Positions 9,124 to 18,313 of a DNA stretch of 29,355 nucleotides are shown here, piece after piece. How positions within the stretch are numbered: the first letter of the stretch is position 1; each line of letters begins with the position of its first letter. The DNA lies in contig JBDRQD010000016.1 in the NCBI GenBank assembly GCA_043826455.1, positions 1-29,355 on the forward strand, read 5' to 3'. The position numbers were made by a program, and so were the translations under genes. Under the pieces are notes generated by a model. That model ran no database searches. It was given only the letters and a program-made list of their open reading frames with translations, and was not told where the DNA came from. Source of the stretch: Candidatus Bathyarchaeota archaeon (GTDB lineage: Archaea; Thermoproteota; Bathyarchaeia; TCS64).

Positions 9124-9885
9124 TCACTCTTCGAACTTGATTAAGTAGTACATCTTCCCCATGTTCTTCACCAAGGCGACTCGTTCGCCAAGCGTCTTCG
9201 TCCACTTAACATCCCTTGCCTCAAGTATCCTGCCGCCCACCTCCTCCACCATTGCTCGTATCTCGTCTCTAGTGTAGAAGGCAACCTGGAGGCCTATGTG
9301 TGCCTCCTTGTGGGGGAGCTTGATCCTCAGAGCGTTGAACAGGCTCAGCAGAAGCATGATCACGGTTGAGGACAGGGTGGGGATCAGCCAGGACTCGTAG
9401 TATTCCTCTCTCAATATGAAGGCGCCTCCGGGGCGAACCATTCCCTTTATGTTGCTGAGAGCGCGTCTGGCTAGTTTCTTTGAGTCCGCCCGATTTGTGG
9501 AGACGAGGTGGTGCAGAACCTCGTCCATGAAGACCAGGTTGAACCGCCCCTCTCTAATGGGGAGATCAAGGACGCTGCCCTGAGTTAGATCGACCTGAAA
9601 CGGTTTATCGATGAGAGACTGGGCCAACATGCCGTCTGAGATGTCGACGCCGACGACATTGTGTGCGCCATATCTCCTGGACACGTAGTTGAGGAAGACA
9701 CCGACGCCACTCCCGATGTCCATGCAGCTGCCGACATCCCCCAGGTACTTGGGGATGACCTCCTCCTCAAACGAGAAGAACCTCAGAAACTTGTACTCGT
9801 CGTCCAGGTGTGAACGGTCGTAGAACTTAGTGGTCTCGTTGAAATACTCTATGACCTGCCGCTGTTCCAGCGCCGCTTCATCCAT
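9124..9885 (-). CDS. Class I SAM-dependent methyltransferase
   Basis: MDIGSGVG motif I, VVGVDISDGML, GSVLDLP, VLHHL, VRPGGAFILRE. ATG 9885 is preferred over the ORF-track 9951 because the extension crosses the AT-rich promoter region. Confidence 0.9.
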   Translation of the reverse strand: MDEAALEQRQVIEYFNETTKFYDRSHLDDEYKFLRFFSFEEEVIPKYLGDVGSCMDIGSGVGVFLNYVSRRYGAHNVVGVDISDGMLAQSLIDKPFQVDLTQGSVLDLPIREGRFNLVFMDEVLHHLVSTNRADSKKLARRALSNIKGMVRPGGAFILREEYYESWLIPTLSSTVIMLLLSLFNALRIKLPHKEAHIGLQVAFYTRDEIRAMVEEVGGRILEARDVKWTKTLGERVALVKNMGKMYYLIKFEE

Positions 9886-9965
9886 GTGAGGCCCCCGGCT
9901 CCAAATTATATTATAGAACATAAATACAGATGTCTGTTCACTGAACGACATTCAGGGGTAGTATC

Positions 9966-10865
9966 TTGTCCAGTGACGACGTCGTGGTGCCTAAGAAGTG
10001 GTGGGAGGCCTTGCCTCGGAAGGTGTACGCTTCCCTTGAAAAGGTGGAAACGAGCCAGCCCTGGTTCGACGTGTACAGGCTCCATGATTGGCTCTACGCG
10101 GTCTACGAGGGGGGCCAGTTCGACGAGCCGCTCATGTACCTGGTCATCGGCGATGAGAGGGCGGCGGTCATCGACGGCGGCAACGGCATAGGGAACCTCG
10201 CTAAATTGACAGAGGAGCTGACTGACAGGCCCTACTTCCTGCTGCTGACGCATACCCACAACGACCACATCGGAGGCTGCAAGCATTTCAAGGAGATCGC
10301 CGTCTTCGACGACGCGATGAGTTGGGAGCGGGCCGCCAAGGGGTACGGCAGGGAGAAGATGGGGGAGATCATCGAGGAGGGCATGGTGATAAGGGATTTT
10401 CCGCCCGGCTTCGACCCCAGCAACTACCATGCTCCGCCGTTTAAGGTCACATGGTGGCTGAGGGACGGGGACGTGGTGGACCTGGGGGGCAGGAGGTTGG
10501 AGGTGATCCATACGCCGGGGCACAGCAGCAACCACATCTGCCTCCTGGACAGGGCGAGCCGGTACCTGTGGACCGGGGACCTCTTCTACACGGGGGGCAT
10601 CAGTACCTACCTACCCGGAGGAGACCACGACAAGTTCATTGAGAGCGTCAGGAAACTAGTAGACCTGATCCCACTTTACGATACCCTGATGCCTGCCCAC
10701 AACGAGCCCCTAGTAGAGAAGGAAGTGCTGGTGGAGCTGCTCAGGGCCGCGGAGGACATCAAGGCGGGTAGGGCTTCCAACTACACTGAGGGCACCGGGT
10801 ATGGTAAAAAGATCAGGCGCTACCAGTACGCCCGGTTCGCGCTGATAACAGACGAGAAAGTATAG
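9966..10865 (+). CDS. MBL-fold metallo-hydrolase (paralogue 1)
   Basis: THTHNDHIGG, HTPGHS, TGD, PAHN; TTG start after GGGGT. Confidence 0.93.
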   Translation: MSSDDVVVPKKWWEALPRKVYASLEKVETSQPWFDVYRLHDWLYAVYEGGQFDEPLMYLVIGDERAAVIDGGNGIGNLAKLTEELTDRPYFLLLTHTHNDHIGGCKHFKEIAVFDDAMSWERAAKGYGREKMGEIIEEGMVIRDFPPGFDPSNYHAPPFKVTWWLRDGDVVDLGGRRLEVIHTPGHSSNHICLLDRASRYLWTGDLFYTGGISTYLPGGDHDKFIESVRKLVDLIPLYDTLMPAHNEPLVEKEVLVELLRAAEDIKAGRASNYTEGTGYGKKIRRYQYARFALITDEKV

Positions 10866-10966
10866 GAGGCGTACTCGTCACACGCATCGTCAAAAAATCG
10901 TTGTATCTGGGGGCTTGATACGAGCCTCGATAACCATATAACCCGGCAGCCGCCTTCAAGGGTGAA

Positions 10967-11881
10967 ATGACCGCCCCAGAAGACAGAAAGCTGCTCATGG
11001 GAGACCGGTGGTGGGCCAAGCTGCCTCGAGTCGTCTACGCCACCCTGGAACGCGTCCCCTGCAGCCAGAGCTGGTTCGAGGTCTACAGGGTGCTGGAAGG
11101 CATCTACGCCATCTATGAGCCCGGCCAGTACGAGGAGGCCCTCTGCACGCTGCTGCTGGGAGACGGCGAGGCCGCCCTCATCGACACTGGCTGCGGCATC
11201 GCGAACATCCGCGCCTGCGTCGAGGAGATCACGGACCTGCCCGTCATGGTGGTGAACACCCACGCCCACAACGACCACATAGCCGACAACCACCGCTTCG
11301 AGAGGATCGCGATGCTTGACCACCCATGGAGCGTCAAGGCCCAGGAGGGGCTGCCCAACAGTGAGATGGCTCATCTGGTGGCGTCCGGCATGGTTTGGAA
11401 GCCGCTGCCGGAGGGCTTCGACCCCGATGGCTACGTGGTTCCACCTTTCAAGGTGACCAGGTGGTTCAGGGATGGGGACGTCATCGACCTGGGCTCACGG
11501 ACCCTGGAGGTGCTGGAGACTCCGGGGCACACTCCCGACAGCTGCTGCTTCCTAGACCGGGAGGACAGGCTCCTCTTCACCGGGGACATGTTCTACACGG
11601 GAGGCATCTACACGTACCTCAACGGCGGGGACATACCAACGTTCATCGAGAGCTACGAGTACATGCTGAGCCACTACGACGAGTATGATCGGCTCATGCC
11701 CAGCCATAACGAGCCCTGGGTGGAGAAGAGGCTGCTGAGGGACGTGTACAAGGCCGTGATAGAAATCGCTGAGGGCCGCGGCAGGTACAGGGAGGGCACC
11801 GACAGGGGCGTCCCCATCAAGAGGTTCGACTACGGCAGGTTCAACATCGTCACCCGGGCGGACCAGCATAGACCTTCCTGA
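10967..11881 (+). CDS. MBL-fold metallo-hydrolase (paralogue 2)
   Basis: THAHNDHIAD, TPGHT, TGD, PSHN; GGGTGA ribosome-binding site. Confidence 0.93.
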   Translation: MTAPEDRKLLMGDRWWAKLPRVVYATLERVPCSQSWFEVYRVLEGIYAIYEPGQYEEALCTLLLGDGEAALIDTGCGIANIRACVEEITDLPVMVVNTHAHNDHIADNHRFERIAMLDHPWSVKAQEGLPNSEMAHLVASGMVWKPLPEGFDPDGYVVPPFKVTRWFRDGDVIDLGSRTLEVLETPGHTPDSCCFLDREDRLLFTGDMFYTGGIYTYLNGGDIPTFIESYEYMLSHYDEYDRLMPSHNEPWVEKRLLRDVYKAVIEIAEGRGRYREGTDRGVPIKRFDYGRFNIVTRADQHRPS

Positions 11882-13136
11882 CAGCCCGCCTCAGCCTACC
11901 AGTGGCGGCCTTTCTGCCTTTCTCATAGGCCGAGTCAACCCTACTCCTTAGATGTTTAACATACCTGTAGGAGTCCGCGAGTCGGCCTTCCATTGGGCCG
12001 TGGGGCTCTATGCCGTCCAGGGCCTCGGCGAGGGCTCTCTCAAACCTATCGACGGTGAAGCTCCGAGACCTGTCCACCGCCCCTGTCCTCAGGGCCTCTC
12101 GGAGCCGCTCGTCCTCCAGGACCTCCCTTATCCGTTCAGCAGCCTCCTCAGGGTCGCGGTACGAGAGCCCCACCTCCCCGTCCCTGCGCTCCAGTATGTC
12201 GATCCAGGGGCCGCCGCTGCGGGGGATGACGGGCACGCAGCCTGCGCTCATGGCCTCGAGGATGGATATGCCGAAGGCCTCGTCTGGTTGGGTGGACAGG
12301 TACACGCTGGAGCGTCTCATGAGGTCCAGGAGGTCCTCTCTGCGGGGGTTCGTGTGAACGTCGAGCCTTGGCCGCTTCCTGAGGGCTGATACCACTTTGT
12401 CGGAGTTGGACTGGGTCTTGCCGGCCACTATGAACCTCGGGCCCCTCATTCTCTGAGCTACCTCGGGGATCAAGGTGAGGTTCTTCCCGGGGGCTATCCT
12501 TGAAACGGTTAACACGTTGCCTGTCTTGGGCTCACCCCGGTAGAGGACCGGCTCTATGAAGGGGTGGACCACCCTCGCCTCTCTGCCGAGGTGCTCTCTA
12601 ACCAGCTCCATGTTGTACCTTGAGTTCGTGAGTAGAGCCCCTTCCTGGTAGTTGGAGGAAAGCTCAGCGTACACCCAGTCGTAAAGTCTGCGCGTGTAGC
12701 CCCACACGGGCACCCCGTAGGGGTCGCCCTCTACGGTGATGAGGGGGCGGCTGTGGATGTAGGAGACATCGCTGACGAGGGGGAACACCTCGCCGTAGTT
12801 GTTGACGCTGAGGCCCGCCTCCATCTGGGCCCTGAGCATCATCCACAGGTATGTCGTAGTGGCCCACGCCCACGAGGCGGTGCCTGATAGGTTGAGGGGT
12901 CCCTCCTGGTGGTACGTCTCCTTATCCGGCTTCGTCGATACCCCCCAGTTGGCCTCCACTAGGGCCCAGTTGATCCGGTCTATCGTGCACAGGTGGACGC
13001 TGTGGCCTTGATCCTTCAGCACCCTCATGATCTCCAGGCAGACTCTCTCTGAGCCGCCCAGCCTGTTGAGAGACGGGTGCAGGAGCGTAACAGAAGGCAA
13101 CTCAGGGTGAGTAGGGTCGCTGACGCATAACGTCAC
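11850..13136 (-). CDS. Glycosyltransferase family 4 (GT-B)
   Basis: HPSLNRLGGSERV, TNSRY, VSRIAPGKN and EAFGISILEAMSAG (EX7E); overlaps the 3' end of MBL paralogue 2 by 32 bp. Start uncertain. Confidence 0.9.
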   Translation of the reverse strand: MTLCVSDPTHPELPSVTLLHPSLNRLGGSERVCLEIMRVLKDQGHSVHLCTIDRINWALVEANWGVSTKPDKETYHQEGPLNLSGTASWAWATTTYLWMMLRAQMEAGLSVNNYGEVFPLVSDVSYIHSRPLITVEGDPYGVPVWGYTRRLYDWVYAELSSNYQEGALLTNSRYNMELVREHLGREARVVHPFIEPVLYRGEPKTGNVLTVSRIAPGKNLTLIPEVAQRMRGPRFIVAGKTQSNSDKVVSALRKRPRLDVHTNPRREDLLDLMRRSSVYLSTQPDEAFGISILEAMSAGCVPVIPRSGGPWIDILERRDGEVGLSYRDPEEAAERIREVLEDERLREALRTGAVDRSRSFTVDRFERALAEALDGIEPHGPMEGRLADSYRYVKHLRSRVDSAYEKGRKAATGRLRRAVRKVYAGPPG

Positions 13137-13226
13137 TGTAACGTACAGTGGGCTTAGTCAAGGTCAGCCAGCGATTACACTTTGGAAGCCAATGTTCAAA
13201 AGGCTGGTTCAGAATTGATATAAAAG

Positions 13227-14498
13227 TTGGGCAGCGAAATGGATGCGCCTGAAGACCCTAGTAAACACAGCGTCAGTCTGTTATCCCGGGAGATGCTGCC
13301 CTTCCTAACACTGTTCGGTGGCCAGAGCATCAGCCTCTTCGGCAGCCGCCTCGTTCAGTTCGCCATAGTGTGGTGGCTCACGGAGACCTCAGGCTCCGCC
13401 TCAGTTCTGGCCACTGCCACGATTATGGCCGTCCTCCCCCAGGTGGTGATAGCTCCGTTCGCAGGCGCTATAGTTGACAGGTGGAGCCGCCGCCTCGTCA
13501 TGATGGTGAGTGACAGCCTCGTCGCCTTGGCCGTGCTACTCCTGGCATACCTGTACAGCGGAGGGGGGGTGCAGGTCTGGCAGATATACATGATAATGTT
13601 CTTCAGGTCATCCATGGACGCGTTCCAGTGGCCGGCTATGCAGGCGTCTACCAGCATGATGGTGCCGAGGGAGCATCTGCCCAGGGTGGCGGGGCTGAGA
13701 CAGTCCGTCCAGGGCATGGTGAACATACTGGCGCCGCCGATGGGCGCGGTTCTCCTCGGTTTCCTACCTATCTACCTTGTCCTGGGCATCGACGTGTTGA
13801 CCGCCGTCTTAGCTGTTGGTCCCCTGTTCTTCATCGCCATCCCCCAGCCTGTCAGGGGTGATGCCTCGGCCCGCGGCGTGATGTCAGACATGATGGAGGG
13901 TTTCCGTTTCCTCTGGGAGAGGAAGACGATTTTGTCGATACTCGGGATAGCCCTACTCTTGAATATGTTGGCCGGGCCCGCATTCTCATTGTTGCCTCTT
14001 CTCGTCATCGACCATTTCAAAGGCTCAGCCATCGAGCTGGCATACCTCCAGTCCGCGAGCGGTGTCGGCTTGATCACTGGAGGGATCATGCTTGGTGTCT
14101 GGGGCGGCTTCAAACGTAGGGTGGAGACCGCTTTCACCGCCCTGATGGTGTCAGGACTCGGGATAATAGGGATCGGTTTGGCGCCCGGAAACCTGTTTTG
14201 GACGGCGATTGTCTCAATCTTCGTTTATGGTATAATGAACTCCATAGCGAATGGCAGCTTCTTCTCCGTGATCCAGACGGTCATCCCTAACGAGCTACAG
14301 GGGCGTGTGTTCACCCTGGTGATGAGCGCCACCGTAGCGGTAATGCCCCTGGGCCTCGCCATCGCGGCGCCAGTGGCTGAGGTGATAGGGATCAGATCAT
14401 GGTTCCTGATATCTGGCGCGGTGACCATAGGGGCTGGAATTTACGGACTATTGAATCCACGGATCAGGGGCTTCGAGGACACCCTGACCGCTGAATAG
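13227..14498 (+). CDS. MFS transporter, DHA3/MefA-like efflux family
   Basis: GQSISLFGSRLVQFAIVWWL, motif A GAIVDRWSRR, FQWPAMQAS, IPNELQGRVF; about 12 hydrophobic segments. Alternative ATG 13239. Confidence 0.92.
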   Translation: MGSEMDAPEDPSKHSVSLLSREMLPFLTLFGGQSISLFGSRLVQFAIVWWLTETSGSASVLATATIMAVLPQVVIAPFAGAIVDRWSRRLVMMVSDSLVALAVLLLAYLYSGGGVQVWQIYMIMFFRSSMDAFQWPAMQASTSMMVPREHLPRVAGLRQSVQGMVNILAPPMGAVLLGFLPIYLVLGIDVLTAVLAVGPLFFIAIPQPVRGDASARGVMSDMMEGFRFLWERKTILSILGIALLLNMLAGPAFSLLPLLVIDHFKGSAIELAYLQSASGVGLITGGIMLGVWGGFKRRVETAFTALMVSGLGIIGIGLAPGNLFWTAIVSIFVYGIMNSIANGSFFSVIQTVIPNELQGRVFTLVMSATVAVMPLGLAIAAPVAEVIGIRSWFLISGAVTIGAGIYGLLNPRIRGFEDTLTAE

Positions 14499-14554
14499 TT
14501 CTCAGGCTGTGCTACCAGCAATTTGTTTATCTCATGCCAGGCATCAGAGGGGGT

Positions 14555-15472
14555 ATGGCTTACTCAGACAACACACAGAACGACATCATAGTCCCCAAGA
14601 AGTGGTACGAGAAGCTGCCCCGGGAGGCCTGGAGCAGCTACGAGAAAGTGGTTCAGCCCGACCCCTGGTTCCAGGTCTACAGGCTCACACCCACCGTGTA
14701 CGCCATCTACGAGGACGGCCAGTTCGAGGAGGTCATCAGCTACCTGGTCCTCGGAAAGGAGAGGGCCGCCCTCATAGACACCGGCAACGGCATCGGCGAC
14801 ATCAAAGCCGTCGTGGAGGGCCTCACCGAGCTGCCCATCACTGTGCTCAACACCCACACCCACGGCGACCACATAGGGGGCAACCACCAGTTCAAGGAGG
14901 TCGCCGTCCTGGACACCCAGTTCAGCAGGGACCGGGCCGCCAAAGGCCAGACCAAGGAGCAGATGGGCCACTACCTGGACGGCGACATGGTGTGGAAGCC
15001 GCTCCCAGACTACTTCGACCCTGACAAGTGGAGCATCCGCCCCTTCAAGGTGACACGGTGGCTGCTGGACGGAGACAAGGTGGAGCTAGGCGGACGCACC
15101 CTGGAGGTCATCCACACGCCGGGCCACAGCCCCGACAGCGTCTGCATCCTGGACCGAGCCAACAAACACTTCTGGACGGGGGACACCTTTTACCCGGCCC
15201 CCATCTACGTGTACAGCCCCACCACCAGCCTCGACCAGTTCATAGGCAGCTTCAGGAAGATGACCGACCTGATGCCAGCCTACGAGTGGGTGATGCCCAG
15301 CCACAACGAGCCCCAGATGGAGAAGCACCTCATCAGAGAATGCTACGAGGCAGCCAAGAACATCAAGACAGGGAACGCAGGCCCCTACAAGGAGGGAGTG
15401 GCTGCGGGCATCAAGGTCCGCCGATACGACTACGGGCGATTCAGCCTCATAGTCAGAGCCTCGAACCCTTAG
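14555..15472 (+). CDS. MBL-fold metallo-hydrolase (paralogue 3)
   Basis: THTHGDHIGG, HTPGHSPD, TGD, PSHN. ATG 14555 follows GAGGGGGT (ORF-track start 14534). Confidence 0.93.
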   Translation: MAYSDNTQNDIIVPKKWYEKLPREAWSSYEKVVQPDPWFQVYRLTPTVYAIYEDGQFEEVISYLVLGKERAALIDTGNGIGDIKAVVEGLTELPITVLNTHTHGDHIGGNHQFKEVAVLDTQFSRDRAAKGQTKEQMGHYLDGDMVWKPLPDYFDPDKWSIRPFKVTRWLLDGDKVELGGRTLEVIHTPGHSPDSVCILDRANKHFWTGDTFYPAPIYVYSPTTSLDQFIGSFRKMTDLMPAYEWVMPSHNEPQMEKHLIRECYEAAKNIKTGNAGPYKEGVAAGIKVRRYDYGRFSLIVRASNP

Positions 15473-15620
15473 CCCCCCTCAACGCGGGTCGGTCAGAGTT
15501 CACCGACACCGCCTTAAACGCTCAGCCACCCAAGAGGGACACCATTCAATAAAAATAGGTAAAACTAATCCTAAAAATTTCACATTCTTCCACGCAGCTG
15601 TCATCAACCCCCCGGATCCG

Positions 15621-15647
15621 CACAATTCCCAGCCACCAGGAACAAAC
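15621..15647 (-). repeat. 27-bp intergenic element, copy 1 (GTTTGTTCCTGGTGGCTGGGAATTGTG on - strand)
   Basis: 25/27 identical to 23689-23715 in inverted orientation. Confidence 0.85.
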
Positions 15648-15650
15648 CCT

Positions 15651-15830
15651 CTAGCCTTCCTCAGGGGCGCCGAACCGCCTGTAAAGCTCCATGAACCGAG
15701 CCATCACCAGAGCCCTCAGCCGCGCCTCAAGACGGTGCCTCTCGTTCCTCACCCTCCGCTCCTCCTGAACCAGCTCCTTGATCCTCTCACGCAGCTCCCG
15801 CTCCTCGTCAGCAGAGTAGACGACATCCAC
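15651..15830 (-). CDS. Small hypothetical coiled-coil protein (~59 aa)
   Basis: GTG-DVVYSADEERELRERIKELVQEERRVRNERHRLEARLRALVMARFMELY...; TATA-like CTTAAG about 25 nt upstream; coding-like codon use. Confidence 0.6.
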   Translation of the reverse strand: MDVVYSADEERELRERIKELVQEERRVRNERHRLEARLRALVMARFMELYRRFGAPEEG

Positions 15831-15920
15831 ATGAAACCCCCGGACACATAAACCCCTTAAGAATACTGTCACCGCACCCTAAAAGATGGGCTTTTAAGAC
15901 CATCCATCCGAGTCTATACT

Positions 15921-16853
15921 ATGCTCAAACAGGTCATCGAGGTAATGGAGCTCCTGGACAGCGCCAAGGTAACAGGCCGAGAAGTGGCAGACCTCCTCAA
16001 GAGCAGAGGCATCAAGGAGGTAACAGTAAAAACCATCAAGGGCGAGAAAGGCAGCACAGACTTCATCAAACTCAAGGTCCCCGGCACCAGCGGAAAGACA
16101 GCCGGAGGAGAAGCCCCCACCCTCGGAGTAATAGGCAGACTAGGAGGCATAGGCGCACGGCCCGAACAGATAGGGCTCGTGTCCGACGCCGACGGGGCAG
16201 TCACCGCCCTATCAGTGGCCCTGAAGCTGGCCGACATGCAGGCCAAAGGCGACAGGCTGCCAGGCGACGTCATAGTGGCCACCCACATATGCCCTGACGC
16301 CCCCACCCAGCCCCACAAGCCCGTCCCCTTCATGGGCAGCCCCGTGGACATCGCCACCATGAACCGCCACGAGATAGACCCAGAGATGGACGCGGTGCTC
16401 AGCATAGACACCACCAAGGGCAACAGGGTTGCCAACTGGATGGGCTTCGCCATAACCCCCACGGCCAAGGAGGGCTGGCTCCTCCGCATAAGCGACAGCC
16501 TCCTGGACATAATGGAGACCGTCACAGGCCGGCCCCCCAGGGTGTGCCCCATAACAACCCAGGACATTACCCCCTACGGCAACGGCCTCCACCACATCAA
16601 CAGCCTCATGCAGCCCACCACGGCCACCGACAAACCCGTCGTCGGCATAGCCATCACCACGGAGGTCCCCGTCCCCGGCTGCGGCACCGGGGCCAGCCAC
16701 CCCACAGACATAGAGCAGGCAGCCCGCTACTGCCTGGAGGTGGCCAAGATGTACGGAAAAGGCGTTTGCAGCTTCTACGACCAAGAAGAGTGGAGGAACA
16801 TCACGGAGAGGTACGGCGCCCTGAGGCACCTCCAGACCCTCGGAAACCAGTGA
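15921..16853 (+). CDS. DUF1177 family protein
   Basis: APTLGVIGRLGGIGARP, VSDADGA, THICPDAPTQPH.PVPFM.SPVD, SIDTTKGNR, QDITPYGNG..HINS; TTTTAA 23 nt upstream. Confidence 0.88.
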   Translation: MLKQVIEVMELLDSAKVTGREVADLLKSRGIKEVTVKTIKGEKGSTDFIKLKVPGTSGKTAGGEAPTLGVIGRLGGIGARPEQIGLVSDADGAVTALSVALKLADMQAKGDRLPGDVIVATHICPDAPTQPHKPVPFMGSPVDIATMNRHEIDPEMDAVLSIDTTKGNRVANWMGFAITPTAKEGWLLRISDSLLDIMETVTGRPPRVCPITTQDITPYGNGLHHINSLMQPTTATDKPVVGIAITTEVPVPGCGTGASHPTDIEQAARYCLEVAKMYGKGVCSFYDQEEWRNITERYGALRHLQTLGNQ

Positions 16854-16906
16854 GCCCCATCGTCGAGAGTTTATATTCCCCAAAACCCCAACTATACACG
16901 GTAGAG

Positions 16907-17377
16907 ATGTACAAGAAGATACTCGTAGCCTTCGACGGCTCAGAGCCCAGCAGGAACGCCCTAGACCACGCCGTAACCATAGCCAACAGGTGGAAGGCCG
17001 AGCTAACGGTCCTCTCAGTTGTGCCCAGGGTCATGATGCCTGTGTTCCCCGACGAGGGCTTCGGCGCCGCCCCTATCACCGCCGCCCAGGACATGAGCGA
17101 CTACCAGGAAAAGATGAGGAACATCTACAACAAGAGCCTCAAGGAGGCCGAGGAAGACATCAAGGAAGCCTTCCCCGACCTCAAGATCATATTGAAGCTC
17201 ATGGAGGGGAGGCCGTCCAGCATCATAGTGGAGGAGGCCGAGAAGGAGGCCGCGGACCTCATAGTGATAGGCAGCCGCGGCCTCGGAGGCATAACGGGCT
17301 GGATACTGGGCAGCACGAGCCGCCGGGTAGTGGAGTCCTGTACTAAGCCCATACTGGTGGTGAAGAGCCCCCAGTAG
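16907..17377 (+). CDS. Universal stress protein (UspA family)
   Basis: MYKKILVAFDGSEPS...ADLIVIGSRGLGGITGWILGSTSRRVVESCTKPILVVK. Start is ATG 16907 (TTTATATT at ~16870), not the ORF-track 16544. Confidence 0.95.
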   Translation: MYKKILVAFDGSEPSRNALDHAVTIANRWKAELTVLSVVPRVMMPVFPDEGFGAAPITAAQDMSDYQEKMRNIYNKSLKEAEEDIKEAFPDLKIILKLMEGRPSSIIVEEAEKEAADLIVIGSRGLGGITGWILGSTSRRVVESCTKPILVVKSPQ

Positions 17378-17422
17378 AGGGGCAACCCTTTTTCAAACAA
17401 GGGACCATGTTTAGGGGATACT

Positions 17423-18313
17423 ATGGAGCCCCTTGAAGCCCTCCGCGAGGCCGGCATAGTAGCGGCCAAGGTGAGGGACACAGTCATACGGGAGGTGAAG
17501 CCCGGCGTCAAGGTCATAGACATCTGCGACAGAGCCTACGACCTAATTCATCAGCTTGGGGCCAGACCCGCTTTTCCAACCAACGTGGATATAGACCACG
17601 TAGCGGCCCACTATTGCTCCCCCCTGGGCGACGCAACCATCATCCCTGAGAGGTCCCTGGTCAAGCTGGACATAGGAGTCCACGTGGAAGGGTACATCGC
17701 GGACACGGCCATCACCGCCTGCTTCGACCCGAGCCTAACGTACCTGGTGGAAGCAGCCCAGGCCGGCCTGGACGCCGCCATAAACACCATCAGGCCAGAG
17801 ATAAGGGCCAGCGACGTGGGGGCGGCCATAGAGCAGGCCATCAGGAGCCGCGGAGCCAGGCCCATAAGGAACCTCACAGGACACAAGCTGGCCCGGTACG
17901 TGGTCCATGCCGGAGAGAGCATACCCAACATCCCGGGCCACGACCACCACGTGCTGACCGAGGGCGATGTATACGCCGTGGAGCCCTTCGCGGTACCCCC
18001 CACAGCCGAGGGCCTGGTCATGGACGGGCCCCCCAGCAACATCTACAGGTTCCTGAAGAAGAGAAGCCTGGACGGAGAGGCCAAGAAGATGCTGAAGTAT
18101 GTTCAGGAGGAGCACAGGACCCTGCCCTTCGCATCCAGGTGGGTCATGAGAAGATTCCAGGGGCCCGGAGCCGACGAAGCCTTCAGGGAGCTGCTGAACG
18201 CCAAGTGCATAATGAGCTACCCTCAGCTCCTTGAGAGAAGCAGGGCCAAGGTGGCTCAGGCCGAGCACACCGTGATCCTGACAAAGGATGGCTGCGAGGT
18301 CACCACGGGGTAG
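17423..18313 (+). CDS. map: Methionine aminopeptidase type II
   Basis: PAFPTN, AAHY, KLDIGVHVEGYIADTA, NLTGH, YAVEPFA, TLPFA.RW and AQAEHTV. Confidence 0.97.
   Translation: MEPLEALREAGIVAAKVRDTVIREVKPGVKVIDICDRAYDLIHQLGARPAFPTNVDIDHVAAHYCSPLGDATIIPERSLVKLDIGVHVEGYIADTAITACFDPSLTYLVEAAQAGLDAAINTIRPEIRASDVGAAIEQAIRSRGARPIRNLTGHKLARYVVHAGESIPNIPGHDHHVLTEGDVYAVEPFAVPPTAEGLVMDGPPSNIYRFLKKRSLDGEAKKMLKYVQEEHRTLPFASRWVMRRFQGPGADEAFRELLNAKCIMSYPQLLERSRAKVAQAEHTVILTKDGCEVTTG

Noticed and set aside
9966..15472. MBL proteins as true beta-lactamases and the MFS as mefA
   Set aside because: The MBLs have no signal peptides and a glyoxalase-II-type ligand set (bridging Asp, no Cys). Family-level similarity cannot establish antibiotic resistance.
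15560..15608. C/D box sRNA (TGATGA on the - strand)
   Set aside because: No suitably spaced CTGA D or D' box.
15601..15654. Shared peptide TIPSH(Q/M)EQTL readable through both 27-bp copies
   Set aside because: No in-frame start upstream in either copy; the similarity follows from the DNA identity.
16544..16906. Apparent N-terminal extension or fusion of the USP
   Set aside because: It is an off-frame overlap with DUF1177; the USP has its own TATA box and ATG at 16907.
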